Positions 8,961-17,774 of a stretch of DNA of 32,000 nucleotides are shown here, in pieces (positions within the stretch are counted from its first letter, which is position 1; every line of letters begins with the position of its first letter). The DNA is from Candidatus Blochmanniella floridana. Its GTDB lineage: Bacteria > Pseudomonadota > Gammaproteobacteria > Enterobacterales > Enterobacteriaceae. Location of the stretch: contig BX248583.1 in assembly GCA_000043285.1 (NCBI GenBank), forward strand, positions 210,001 through 242,000. Direction: 5' to 3'. The notes beneath the pieces were generated by a model that saw only the letters and a list, made by a program, of their open reading frames with translations, was not told where the DNA came from and made no database searches. The translations under genes were made by a program, and so were the position numbers.

Positions 8961-9917
8961 TTTTTTTTGGTTTTGATAAGTTAATGTATTGGATTGATAG
9001 TCTGTAGTATTTATTGTCGGTTATTTATGTTATATAAAAAAAAATAATATATTATTCTAGTTATGGAAATAGTGATATTAAATGATCAAGAATAATACAG
9101 CACAAAATGTGTATGGAATATTATTACAGTATGTAATGATCATACATGTAATTATGTAAAATTTGAGTGTTAATATAAATTAAATAGTTACGTTATGGTA
9201 GTGGTAAAGAGTAATTAAGTTATAATTGAAAATGTTTAAATTATAAAATTTAAAAGTGTGGATGGTATAAGTGATAGTATTGCAATATTGTAAATTGAGA
9301 TTACATTTATGTATTGGGATATATGTGAGATCATTGTTGGTTGTATTTGAATGGATTTTGTAATATATAATATACGAGTAAATAAATAAGATAGTTATTG
9401 ATAATGTTAAATTATCATTGTTAGAATTGTTAAAATTTCTATATTTGTAAATTATTTATTAATATTACATATTTAATGATTTTAACGGAATGAGTAATAT
9501 ATATATGTTGAAATATAAATTATAAGATCATATGGAATATTAATTATTATCAGAAAGAATGCATATGATTAAGTTAAAATATATAAATAATTTTGCTACT
9601 ATTATTAGTAATGGTAATTTAAGTTAATTAGAGATGATTAATATTTTGGAAATGTGGTATGGTTGATTATTGTGATTAATAAGTTTGATACGATAAATAA
9701 TCGTGATAATGTGTGTAAAAGTATATGAATACATATACATTGGATATTTAATTTTTATTCTAATTTTTAGAAGTTCTTGATTCGAATGTGATTCTTAGAT
9801 ACAATACGGATTGTCGTTTTGTGGGTTTAATAAGAAATATGCAATTGAAGATAATATAGAACTCGTAATGTGATATTTTTTTTGTTTTTATATGGGTGTT
9901 ATGAGTTTTATGTTATT
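8961..9917 (-). pseudogene. coaA: Decayed type I pantothenate kinase gene filling the whole birA-thrU spacer
   Basis: No ORF of 60 aa or more exists on either strand. One minus-strand frame starting at 9917 is collinear with E. coli CoaA despite many in-frame stops. Matches (relic vs E. coli): IKLITP vs IKEQTLMTP; QELLKIRI vs EEVAEIYL; NNQPYHIS vs NGQRIPYIIS; ILSD vs ITTD; LIPLKSLNM vs GFPESYDM; NLTLSITILFIY vs NVTAPVYSHLIY; NLNLQ vs GLNVLQ. Spacing between these anchors agrees with E. coli to within 1-2 codons. Position and orientation (convergent with birA, upstream of thrU) match E. coli coaA, and the spacer length is close to the coaA CDS length as I recall it. Boundaries are approximate. 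Confidence 0.65.
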
Positions 9918-9989
9918 GCCGGTGTAGCTCAATGGTAGAGCAACTGATTTGTAATCAGTGGGTTAAGGGTTCAAATCCTTTTGCCGGCA
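9918..9989 (+). tRNA. thrU: tRNA-Thr (anticodon UGU)
   Basis: Hand-folded cloverleaf: GCCGGTG / GCTC-AATGGTA-GAGC / ACTGA-TTTGTAA-TCAGT / AAGGG-TTCAAAT-CCTTT / TGCCGGC-A. No encoded CCA. Confidence 0.93.
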
Positions 9990-10003
9990 TTGAGTTTGTT
10001 GAT

Positions 10004-10085
<82 letters not shown>

Positions 10086-10137
10086 TATTATCTATATATT
10101 ATATATATATAATATATATAGGTAATATAAATGTAGT

Positions 10138-10209
10138 GTGGGCATCGTATAATGGTTATTACCTCAACCTTCCAAGTTGATGATGTGGGTTCGATTCCCA
10201 CTGTCCGCT
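10138..10209 (+). tRNA. glyT: tRNA-Gly (anticodon UCC)
   Basis: Collinear with E. coli glyT (..GGGCATCGTATAATGG.TATTACCTCA.CCTTCCAAG.TGATGATG.GGGTTCGATTCCC.CTG.CCGCT). No encoded CCA. Confidence 0.93.
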
Positions 10210-10245
10210 TATTATATATGGAATTGTAGTGTGTTCAGTAAGTAT

Positions 10246-10317
10246 GCTGATATAGCTCAGGGGCAGAGCACTCCCTTGGTAAGGGTGAGGTCGGCAGTTC
10301 GATTCTGCTTATCAGCA
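10246..10317 (+). tRNA. thrT: tRNA-Thr (anticodon GGU)
   Basis: Collinear with E. coli thrT (GCTGATATAGCTCAG...CCCTTGGTAAGGGTGAGGTCGGCAGTTCGA.TCTGC.TATCAGCA). There is a U28:U42 mismatch in the anticodon stem. No encoded CCA. Confidence 0.93.
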
Positions 10318-10361
10318 TATATCAAGTTAGTATAAGTTTGTGGTTAATATAAAAAATATTT

Positions 10362-10380
10362 GTTTATGATAATCATAAGA
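10362..10380. promoter_or_regulatory. Fur-box-like site containing a 7-1-7 palindrome (TTATGAT-A-ATCATAA), about 130 nt upstream of bfr
   Basis: GTTTATGATAATCATAAGA matches the Fur consensus GATAATGATAATCATTATC at 14 of 19 positions by hand count. It carries one of the few C residues in an otherwise AT-rich spacer. Chance matches are likely in DNA this AT-rich. Confidence 0.25.
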
Positions 10381-10511
10381 TGATGATACGATTGTATTCA
10401 GTTTTATTTTTTGGATATTATGAATATATAAATATTCGGTTTAGTTGATCATCATTAATAATTTGAGGATTATAAAATATTACAATTCAGTGTAATAAAA
10501 TAGAGGTTTTT

Positions 10512-10982
10512 ATGAAAGGGGATAAAAATATTATTCTTCATCTTAATAAATTGCTAAGTGATGAACTCGTTGCTGTAAATCAATATTTTTTACATTCAAA
10601 ACTTTTTAAAAGTTGGGGTTTAGAACGTTTAAACAATATAGAACATACAGAATGTATGGAGGAATTAGAACATGCAGGTTTATATGCAGATCGTATTTTA
10701 TTTTTAGAAGGTATTCCTGTTATTAAGAATTGTGATTCTGCAAATATTAAAGAAAATATTGAAGATGTCTTGCGTATGGATTTAAGGTTAGAGTATAATG
10801 CTATTGTTAATTTGCGTGAAGGAATTAGATGTGCCGATTCAATTGAAGATTATATATCTAAAGAAATTATGATCAATATTCTACATGCAGAAGAAAAACA
10901 TGTTGATTTTTTGGAAACGGAATTAGGATTAATATTAAAATTGGGAATACATAATTATATACAATCACAATTAAAAAAATAG
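10512..10982 (+). CDS. bfr: Bacterioferritin (ferroxidase centre intact, haem-ligand Met52 replaced by Leu)
   Basis: MKGDKNII.HLNKLL.DELVA.NQYFLH...W...EGIP...AEEKH.DFLETEL is collinear with E. coli Bfr (156 vs 158 aa). Confidence 0.93.
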   Translation: MKGDKNIILHLNKLLSDELVAVNQYFLHSKLFKSWGLERLNNIEHTECMEELEHAGLYADRILFLEGIPVIKNCDSANIKENIEDVLRMDLRLEYNAIVNLREGIRCADSIEDYISKEIMINILHAEEKHVDFLETELGLILKLGIHNYIQSQLKK

Positions 10983-11114
10983 AGTGGTTCTGATTTTTAA
11001 TTGAATATTTTGAGAATTTTAAAGGGTGGATGTAGTAAAAATGTTAGGATTTTATGTTTATTATTAATAAAATAATAATTGTGATAATTTTCAAGGGAGT
11101 TTAAAAAAATTAAG

Positions 11115-11426
11115 ATGCAGAATCAAAGGATTAGGATTCGTTTGAAAGCGTTTGATCATCGCCTTATAGATAGATCAACTTTGGATATTGTTGAGACTGC
11201 TAAAAGGACTGGGGCTCAAGTTCATGGTCCTATTCCGTTACCTACTAAAAAAGAACGTTTTACTATTTTAGTGTCTCCTCATGTAAATAAAGATGCTAGA
11301 GATCAATATGAAATACGTACTCATAAACGGTTAATTGATATAGTTGATCCTACTGATAAAACAGTAGATGCGTTGATGAAATTAGATTTGGCTGCTGGAG
11401 TTGATGTACAAATTAGTTTAGGATAG
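11115..11426 (+). CDS. rpsJ: 30S ribosomal protein S10
   Basis: [20 protein letters not shown]...[19 protein letters not shown] is almost identical to E. coli S10. Confidence 0.98.
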
Positions 11427-11526
11427 ATGGTATAAATATACTTGATTATTAATAATGAAGTTGTTATATATATTTGATGTGTTAATTATATTGTTAATGT
11501 TTTGTTGAAATTGATAAGGTTATATA

Positions 11527-12186
11527 ATGGATGGTTTAGTTGGTCGTAAATTAGGTATGACCAGGATTATAAATGAAGAGGGTATTATGATCGCTGTTAC
11601 AATGATTGAAATATTGCCTCATTATGTAACTCAAGTTAAAAATAAAGAAAAAGATGGTTATTGTGCTGTTCAGGTTACTACTGGTAATACTCGCGATAAG
11701 TGTTTAAATAAACCGAAATTGGGGCATTTGAAGAAGTTAGGTATTAATTATGGAAAGGGTTTATGGGAATTTCGATTAAATGATTCAAATAGATTAATTT
11801 CTGTGGGGGATATCTTTACTTTAAAGGTTTTGAAATGTATAAATAAAGTAGATGTTACTGGTATCTCTAAAGGTAAAGGTTTTGCCGGAGCAGTGAAGCG
11901 TTGGAATTTTAGAACTCAAGATGCTAGTCATGGAAATTCTTTATCTCATCGAGCTCCAGGTTCTATTGGGCAGAATCAAACTCCTGGTAAAGTTTTTAAA
12001 GGTAAAAAGATGGCAGGTCATTTAGGTTATGAAAAAGCTACAATTCAAAATTTGGCTGTGATTAATATAGATATAAAAAATAATTTATTGCTGGTTAAAG
12101 GGGCAATTCCAGGAGTGATTGGTGAAAATGTAATTGTGAAAAGATCTGTCAAAATAGGATATTTTAAAGAGATGTCTAGTATATGA
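11527..12186 (+). CDS. rplC: 50S ribosomal protein L3
   Basis: [59 protein letters not shown]. The stop overlaps the rplD start (ATGA at 12183-12186). Confidence 0.97.
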   Translation: MDGLVGRKLGMTRIINEEGIMIAVTMIEILPHYVTQVKNKEKDGYCAVQVTTGNTRDKCLNKPKLGHLKKLGINYGKGLWEFRLNDSNRLISVGDIFTLKVLKCINKVDVTGISKGKGFAGAVKRWNFRTQDASHGNSLSHRAPGSIGQNQTPGKVFKGKKMAGHLGYEKATIQNLAVINIDIKNNLLLVKGAIPGVIGENVIVKRSVKIGYFKEMSSI

Positions 12187-12821
12187 AATTGCAGTTGCAG
12201 TGTTTTTTAATAAATGATTTGGAAAAATATAATTGTATTAATGTTTCTGTATCTGATAAGGTTTTTGGTTATCCTTTTAATCCTGCATTGATACATCAGA
12301 TCGTGTCCAGTTATCTAATAAATTGTAGGCAGGGTTCTAAATCTCAGAAGAGTAGGTCAGATGTTTCTGGTTCTAATAAAAAGCCTTGGCGCCAGAAAGG
12401 TACAGGGCGGGCTCGTTCTGGATCAGTGAAGAGTCCTATTTGGCGTTCTGGAGGAGTAACATTTGCATCTAAACCTAAAAAATATGATCAAAAAATAAAT
12501 AAAAAGATGTATAAAGGTGCTATGAAGAGTATTTTATCTAAGTTAGTTTGTGATAATCGTTTATTTTTAATAGAAGATTTGTTTTTGGAAAAACCTAAAA
12601 CTAATTTATTGTTAAAAAAGTTAAAAAATATAACTAGTGATAGAAGTGTGTTAATTGTAACAGATAATGTTATTGATAAGAATTTAATTTTGGCATCGAG
12701 TAATTTACACACGGTTAAGATATATAATTTAAATAGTATAGATCCAGTAAGTTTGATTAATTTTAATATTACTTTACTTTTTCGAACAATAGTGGAGTCT
12801 CTGGAATTGAGGTTATCATAA
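12183..12821 (+). CDS. rplD: 50S ribosomal protein L4
   Basis: [29 protein letters not shown] and IDPVSLI.F are collinear with E. coli L4. Confidence 0.96.
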   Translation: MKLQLQCFLINDLEKYNCINVSVSDKVFGYPFNPALIHQIVSSYLINCRQGSKSQKSRSDVSGSNKKPWRQKGTGRARSGSVKSPIWRSGGVTFASKPKKYDQKINKKMYKGAMKSILSKLVCDNRLFLIEDLFLEKPKTNLLLKKLKNITSDRSVLIVTDNVIDKNLILASSNLHTVKIYNLNSIDPVSLINFNITLLFRTIVESLELRLS

Positions 12822-12829
12822 TATTATCT

Positions 12830-13129
12830 ATGTATATAGAACGTTTGTTAAAAGTTATAAAAGCTCCTCATGTTTCTGAAAAATCATCTATTGCTTTGGA
12901 TAAAAATAATGTTATTGTGTTAAAGGTGGTAAACTATGTAACAAAACAAGATATTAGACATGCTGTGTGTATGTTGTTTTCTGTGAAAATAAAAAAAATT
13001 AATGTTTTGATGGTTTCTGGAAAGTCTAAAGGACAAAGATATAATCTTGGTTATAGATGTAATTGGAAAAAAGCATATGTGATTTTAAAACGTGGTTATA
13101 CAGTAGATTTAATGAATATGGAGCAATAG
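12830..13129 (+). CDS. rplW: 50S ribosomal protein L23
   Basis: ERLLKV..APHVSEK.S.........VLKV...WKKAYV.LK; position between rplD and rplB. Confidence 0.94.
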   Translation: MYIERLLKVIKAPHVSEKSSIALDKNNVIVLKVVNYVTKQDIRHAVCMLFSVKIKKINVLMVSGKSKGQRYNLGYRCNWKKAYVILKRGYTVDLMNMEQ

Positions 13130-13150
13130 TTAATATGAGTTTTAATAAAT

Positions 13151-13981
13151 ATGTCTGTTATAAAATGTAATCCTACTTCTCCAGGTCGAAGGCATGTGGT
13201 AAAGTTGGTTAATGGTGGTTTATATAAAGGTAAGCCTTATTCTTCTTTGTTATCTAAAAAAGTAGCAAATAGTTCTAAAGGTCGCAATAATTATGGTCGT
13301 ATTACTATGCGACATATAGGCAGTGGTCATAAACAACGTTATCGAATTATAGATTTTAAGCGTAATAAAGATGATGTATTTGCTGTTGTAGAACGTATGG
13401 AATATGATCCAAATAGGTCAGCAAATATTGCTTTGATTGTATATAAAGATGGGGAAAGACGTTATATTCTAGCTCCTAGAAATTTAAATGTAGGTAATAA
13501 AATTATTTCAGGATTAAATGTTCCTATCAGTCCTGGAAATTCCTTACCTTTATCTAATATTCCAGTTGGATCAATTATTCATAATGTAGAAATGAAAGTT
13601 GGTAAGGGAGGTCAATTAGCTCGTTCTGCAGGAACTTATGTGCAAATTGTATCTAGAGATGGAGAATATATCATTTTGCGTTTACGGTCAGGAGAAATAC
13701 GTAAAGTTCGTTGTGAATGTAGAGCAACAATAGGTGAAGTAGGGAATAATGAACATATGCTACGGGCTTTAGGTAAGGCTGGAGCTAGTAGATGGAGGGG
13801 TATTCGGCCTACTGTTAGGGGTACTGCTATGAATCCAATTGATCATCCTCATGGAGGAGGAGAGGGTAAGAATTTTGGTAAACATCCGGTTTCTCCATGG
13901 GGTGTTCAGACAAAGGGTAAAAGAACCCGTAGTAATAAACGTACTGATAAGTTTATTTTATGTCGTCGTAAGAAAAAATAA
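13151..13981 (+). CDS. rplB: 50S ribosomal protein L2
   Basis: [45 protein letters not shown]. Confidence 0.98.
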   Translation: MSVIKCNPTSPGRRHVVKLVNGGLYKGKPYSSLLSKKVANSSKGRNNYGRITMRHIGSGHKQRYRIIDFKRNKDDVFAVVERMEYDPNRSANIALIVYKDGERRYILAPRNLNVGNKIISGLNVPISPGNSLPLSNIPVGSIIHNVEMKVGKGGQLARSAGTYVQIVSRDGEYIILRLRSGEIRKVRCECRATIGEVGNNEHMLRALGKAGASRWRGIRPTVRGTAMNPIDHPHGGGEGKNFGKHPVSPWGVQTKGKRTRSNKRTDKFILCRRKKK

Positions 13982-14007
13982 TATTTTAATTTATAGAAAG
14001 GAGATCT

Positions 14008-14289
14008 ATGTCACGTTCTCTTAGAAAGGGTCCATTTATTGATTTGCATTTATTAAGAAAGGTGGAAAAAGTAATAAAAACTGGAGATAAGAAACCTATT
14101 CGTACTTGGTCTCGCCGATCAACAATTTTTCCTAAAATGATTGGGTTAACTATATCGGTACATAATGGTAAACAACATATACCTGTTTTTATTTCAGATG
14201 AGATGGTTGGTCACAAGCTTGGGGAATTTGCTCCAACTCGTACATATCGTGGTCATTCGGTTGACAAAAAAATAAAAAAACGTTATTAA
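14008..14289 (+). CDS. rpsS: 30S ribosomal protein S19
   Basis: [18 protein letters not shown]......[30 protein letters not shown]....[18 protein letters not shown]. Confidence 0.98.
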   Translation: MSRSLRKGPFIDLHLLRKVEKVIKTGDKKPIRTWSRRSTIFPKMIGLTISVHNGKQHIPVFISDEMVGHKLGEFAPTRTYRGHSVDKKIKKRY

Positions 14290-14341
14290 ATTATTTTTAA
14301 TTGTATTAATATGTATTATTATAATATGAAGGGTATGCAGT

Positions 14342-14671
14342 ATGGAGACAATTGCTAGGTATCGTTATATTCGTTCTTCTGCTCAAAAAATACGTTTAGT
14401 TGCAAATATGATTAGAAAAAAGGAAGTTGTTAAAGCTATAAATATTTTAAATTATGTTAATAAAAAAGCGGCTCTTTTGGTTAAAAAAACTTTAGAATCT
14501 GCTATTGCTAATGCAGAACATAATTTTGGGTTAAATATTGATAAGTTGAGAGTTGTTAAAATTTTTGTAGATTGTGGTCCTAGTATTAAACGTGTAATGC
14601 CTAGAGCAAAAGGTCGTTCAGATCGTATAGTCAAGAGAACTAGTCATCTTACTATAGTAGTATCTGATTGA
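14342..14671 (+). CDS. rplV: 50S ribosomal protein L22
   Basis: SAQK.RLVA..IR...V..A...L......[18 protein letters not shown]; operon position. Confidence 0.95.
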
Positions 14672-14730
14672 TATATGGTAGTGATAATAAAAAACTGTGC
14701 TATCGTTATTTGGAGGAGGTATGATATAGT

Positions 14731-15438
14731 ATGGGTCAGAAAGTACATCCAAATGGGATGCGTTTAGGGATTATTAAATCTTGGCATTCTACTTGGTATG
14801 CAAATAATAAAAATTTTTCTAATAATTTAAATAATGATTTTGAGGTACGGAAATTTTTATTAGGACAATTATCAAAAGCTTTGGTATCTCGTATAATTAT
14901 TGAAAGACCTGCAAAGAGTATTCGCGTGACCATTTATACAGCTAGGCCTGGTGTAATTATTGGTAGAAAGGGAGAAGATATTGAGAAATTAAGAGAGAAG
15001 GTGTCAAAAATTTCTGGTGTTCCTACTAAGTTGAATATTTCTGAAATTCGAAAACCGGAGTTGGAAGCGAAGTTGTTAGCTGATAATATAGCATCTCAAT
15101 TAGAACGTAGAGTGATATTTAGAAGAGCGATAAAGCGAGTGGTTCAAAGTGCTATGCGTTTAGGAGCGAAAGGAATTAAAGTTGAAGTTAGCGGAAGGTT
15201 AAGTGGAGCTGAGATTGCACGTACTGAATGGTATAGGGAAGGACGAGTGCCATTGCATACTTTTCGAGCAGATATTGATTATAGTTTATCAGAAGCCCAT
15301 ACTTCGTATGGGGTAGTAGGGGTTAAAGTATGGGTTTTTAAAGGTGAAATTTTAGATAAAGTGTTATTTCATATAGATAAGTCTAAAGATTCGTTGATAA
15401 ATGATTTTTCTAAAAAAAAAAGAAAATCTAGAGTATAA
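14731..15438 (+). CDS. rpsC: 30S ribosomal protein S3
   Basis: [74 protein letters not shown]. Confidence 0.98.
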   Translation: MGQKVHPNGMRLGIIKSWHSTWYANNKNFSNNLNNDFEVRKFLLGQLSKALVSRIIIERPAKSIRVTIYTARPGVIIGRKGEDIEKLREKVSKISGVPTKLNISEIRKPELEAKLLADNIASQLERRVIFRRAIKRVVQSAMRLGAKGIKVEVSGRLSGAEIARTEWYREGRVPLHTFRADIDYSLSEAHTSYGVVGVKVWVFKGEILDKVLFHIDKSKDSLINDFSKKKRKSRV

Positions 15439-15455
15439 AGAAAGGAGAAAGAGCT

Positions 15456-15857
15456 TTGTTGCAACCAAAACGTACGAAATTTCGAAAAATGCATAAAGGA
15501 AGAAATCGAGGAATAGTAGTCAATGATAAGATCAATTTTGGAACGTTTGCGTTAAAATCTGTTGATCGTGGAAGATTAAAATCTTGTCAAATTGAATCTG
15601 CTCGTAGAGCAATAACTAGAGCTATTAAACGACAAGGTAAGGTTTGGATTCGTATATTTCCTGATAAGCCTATTACCCAAAAACCATTGGAAGTTCGTAT
15701 GGGTAAAGGTAAAGGTAATGTAGAATATTGGGTAGCTTTGGTTCAGCCTGGAAAGATTTTGTATGAAATGAGTGGTGTGTCTAAAGAATTGGCTGATCAT
15801 GCTTTTAAATTAGGTTCTTCAAAATTGCCTGTAAGAACTGTTGTTACAGGGATTTAA
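15456..15857 (+). CDS. rplP: 50S ribosomal protein L16 (TTG start)
   Basis: (M)[18 protein letters not shown]...[25 protein letters not shown]. The first codon is TTG at 15456, with AAAGGAG (15441-15447) 8 nt upstream. Confidence 0.96.
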   Translation: MLQPKRTKFRKMHKGRNRGIVVNDKINFGTFALKSVDRGRLKSCQIESARRAITRAIKRQGKVWIRIFPDKPITQKPLEVRMGKGKGNVEYWVALVQPGKILYEMSGVSKELADHAFKLGSSKLPVRTVVTGI

Positions 15858-15861
15858 CATC

Positions 15862-16062
15862 ATGAGTAAATTTTTAAAAAAAATGAATTATAATGATAGT
15901 AATATAGATAATAAGTTTTTATATGTAAAGTTACATGATGTATTACGTGAATATTGTAAATTGCGTATACAATTAAAATTAGGGCAATTTAAAAAAGTTC
16001 ATTTATTTAAAAAATTGCGTTACGAAATTGCTTGTATTAAGTTGCGTTTATTCAAAAAATAG
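15862..16062 (+). CDS. rpmC: 50S ribosomal protein L29 (divergent)
   Basis: A 66-aa ORF from ATG 15862, 4 nt after the rplP stop, in the L29 slot between rplP and rpsQ. It shows a weak L29-like pattern (L......L..L...QF.LR.Q...GQ......L.K..R..IA.IKT.L). The ORF-track start at 15841 would overlap rplP and is not needed. Confidence 0.8.
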   Translation: MSKFLKKMNYNDSNIDNKFLYVKLHDVLREYCKLRIQLKLGQFKKVHLFKKLRYEIACIKLRLFKK

Positions 16063-16108
16063 GTAATATATAATTTGGGGATATGAGACGGAGATATTTA
16101 ACATTATT

Positions 16109-16366
16109 ATGAATAATAAAGTTCATGTTTTACAGGGAATTGTAATACGATCAAAGATGCAGAAATCGATTGTTGTTTCTATAAATCGTATAGTGAAGCA
16201 TTCAATGTATAAAAAATTTATTAATCGTACTACTAAGATATATGTACATGATACTAATAATATTAGTAATGTGGGTGATATAGTAGAGATAACAGAATGT
16301 CGTCCTATTTCTAAAACTAAATGTTGGAAGTTAACTTCGATTATAAAAAAATATAATTCTTCTTAA
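16109..16366 (+). CDS. rpsQ: 30S ribosomal protein S17
   Basis: LQG.V...KM.KSIVV.I.R.VKH..Y.KFI.RTTK..VHD.NN....GD.VEI.ECRP.SKTK.W.L. Confidence 0.96.
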   Translation: MNNKVHVLQGIVIRSKMQKSIVVSINRIVKHSMYKKFINRTTKIYVHDTNNISNVGDIVEITECRPISKTKCWKLTSIIKKYNSS

Positions 16367-16377
16367 TAAGAAGAATT
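16355..16377 (+). terminator. Hairpin spanning the rpsQ stop codon (10-bp stem aattcttctt / aagaagaatt, loop aat) followed by T-rich sequence; candidate S10-operon terminator or attenuating hairpin
   Basis: Perfect palindrome aattcttctta-a-taagaagaatt. It lies at the S10/spc operon boundary known from E. coli and is followed by an 83-nt spacer before rplN. Confidence 0.35.
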
Positions 16378-16449
16378 TATTTATATAAATTTAGAATAGT
16401 TAATGTTTAAGTATTTTTTATGTGAATAGTTTTTTGTTTGAGGTGTTAT

Positions 16450-16821
16450 GTGATTCAAGAACGTACAATTTTAAATGTAGCGGATAATTCCGGTGCACGT
16501 TTTGCAATGTGCATTAAAGTTTTAGGTGGATCTAAGCGTCGTTATGCTAATATTGGAGATGTTATTAAAGTTACTGTTAAAGAAGCTATTCCTAAAGCTA
16601 AAGTAAAGAAAGGAGATGTTTTACAAGCTGTTATAGTGCGTACAAAAAAAGGAATTCGCAGAATAGATGGGTCTATTATACGATTTGATAATAATGCTTG
16701 TGTGCTATTGAATGATACTAATATGCAGCCATTAGGAACTCGAATTTTTGGTCCAGTTACTCGTGAGTTACGTTATGCTAATTTTGTGAGAATTATTTCT
16801 TTGGCTCCTGAAGTTTTATAA
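16450..16821 (+). CDS. rplN: 50S ribosomal protein L14 (GTG start)
   Basis: From GTG 16450 the product (M)[15 protein letters not shown]...[38 protein letters not shown] is 123 aa, the same length as E. coli L14. GAGGTG lies 4 nt upstream. The ORF-track TTG at 16438 adds 4 unaligned residues. Confidence 0.95.
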   Translation: MIQERTILNVADNSGARFAMCIKVLGGSKRRYANIGDVIKVTVKEAIPKAKVKKGDVLQAVIVRTKKGIRRIDGSIIRFDNNACVLLNDTNMQPLGTRIFGPVTRELRYANFVRIISLAPEVL

Positions 16822-16852
16822 TATTTTATTAAAATATAGAAGGGGTTTTTGA

Positions 16853-17173
16853 GTGTCAGCTAATAAGATAAGATGTCATGATGAAGTTGTTGTATTGACT
16901 GGTAAAGATAAAGGGAAAATAGGCCGAGTGAAATTTCTTTGTCTAAGTAAGAAGACAGTTATAGTTTCAGGAATAAATGTAGTTAAGAAACATCAAAAAC
17001 CAGTTCCAAATAAGAATCAGCCTGGAGGTATAATAGAGAAGGAGGCATTTATTCATTTATCTAATGTCGCTATTTTTAATGCTGCTTTAAATAAAGCAGA
17101 TCGAGTTGGATTTAAAATAAAAAATGGAAAGAAAATACGAATTTTTAAATCTAATGGTAATTTAATTAAGTAA
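16853..17173 (+). CDS. rplX: 50S ribosomal protein L24 (GTG start)
   Basis: [18 protein letters not shown]...[39 protein letters not shown] at 16853 is preceded by AAGGGG. Confidence 0.96.
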   Translation: MSANKIRCHDEVVVLTGKDKGKIGRVKFLCLSKKTVIVSGINVVKKHQKPVPNKNQPGGIIEKEAFIHLSNVAIFNAALNKADRVGFKIKNGKKIRIFKSNGNLIK

Positions 17174-17196
17174 TTTTGGAATGAATGTTACAATAT

Positions 17197-17769
17197 ATGG
17201 CTAAATTACGTGATTATTATAAAAGTCATGTTGTGTATGATTTGATGAGAGAATTTAAATATAAGTCTGTTATGCAAGTACCGAAGATTAATAAAATCAC
17301 TATTAGTATGGGCGTAGGTAAGTCTATTATTAATAAAAAATTCTTGGAAAGAGCAATAGAAGATTTAGAGATGATTTCAGGCCAAAAACCAGTGATTACT
17401 AAGGCTCGTAAATCTATTGCAAGTTTTAAAATACGACAAGGTCAGGAAATTGGATGTAAAGTAACTTTACGTAGAAAAAGGATGTGGGAATTTTTTGAAA
17501 GACTTATTTCCATAGCTATACCTCGTATTCGAGATTTTAGAGGATTATCTATAAAATCTTTTGATGGTTATGGTAATTATACTATGGGGATACGTGAGCA
17601 AATTATTTTTCCAGAAATTAATTATGATACTATTGATGGTATTAGGGGTATGAATATTACAATTACTACTAATGCTGTTTCCGATAAAGAAGCGTATGTT
17701 TTGTTGCGTGCTTTTCGTTTTCCATTGAAAAATAATGATTCAATATATACATCAACAGAGGAACATTAA
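17197..17769 (+). CDS. rplE: 50S ribosomal protein L5
   Basis: MAKL.DYYK..VV..LM.EF.Y.SVMQVP...KIT..MGVG...[27 protein letters not shown]...[42 protein letters not shown]. Starting at ATG 17197 reproduces the E. coli N-terminus; the ORF-track start at 17185 adds 4 residues. Confidence 0.97.
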   Translation: MAKLRDYYKSHVVYDLMREFKYKSVMQVPKINKITISMGVGKSIINKKFLERAIEDLEMISGQKPVITKARKSIASFKIRQGQEIGCKVTLRRKRMWEFFERLISIAIPRIRDFRGLSIKSFDGYGNYTMGIREQIIFPEINYDTIDGIRGMNITITTNAVSDKEAYVLLRAFRFPLKNNDSIYTSTEEH

Positions 17770-17774
17770 TTGTT

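Noticed and set aside
10086-10137. TA-rich low-complexity run between tRNA-Tyr and tRNA-Gly (tatatattatatatatataatatatata)
   Set aside because: This is an imperfect TA dinucleotide tract typical of AT-rich spacers. It has no unit structure, no spacer-repeat periodicity, and is not CRISPR- or satellite-like.
10318-10511. Searched by eye for EF-Tu (tuf) or Bfd coding remnants in the thrT-bfr spacer
   Set aside because: No frame gave anything resembling MSKEKF.R.KPH.N.GTIGHVDHGKTT or a Cys-rich Bfd motif. The spacer appears fully randomised, so I infer only the junction itself, not a pseudogene.
13839-14024. 61-aa plus-strand ORF overlapping the 3' end of rplB and the start of rpsS
   Set aside because: It is an alternative frame of the highly conserved L2 C-terminus, with no independent support.
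17730-17769. C-terminal extensions of ribosomal proteins relative to E. coli: L5 +~11 aa ([12 protein letters not shown]), L3 +~9 aa, S5 +~6 aa
   Set aside because: Short, low-complexity tails are the expected result of stop-codon drift in AT-rich reduced genomes. There is no sign of an added domain.
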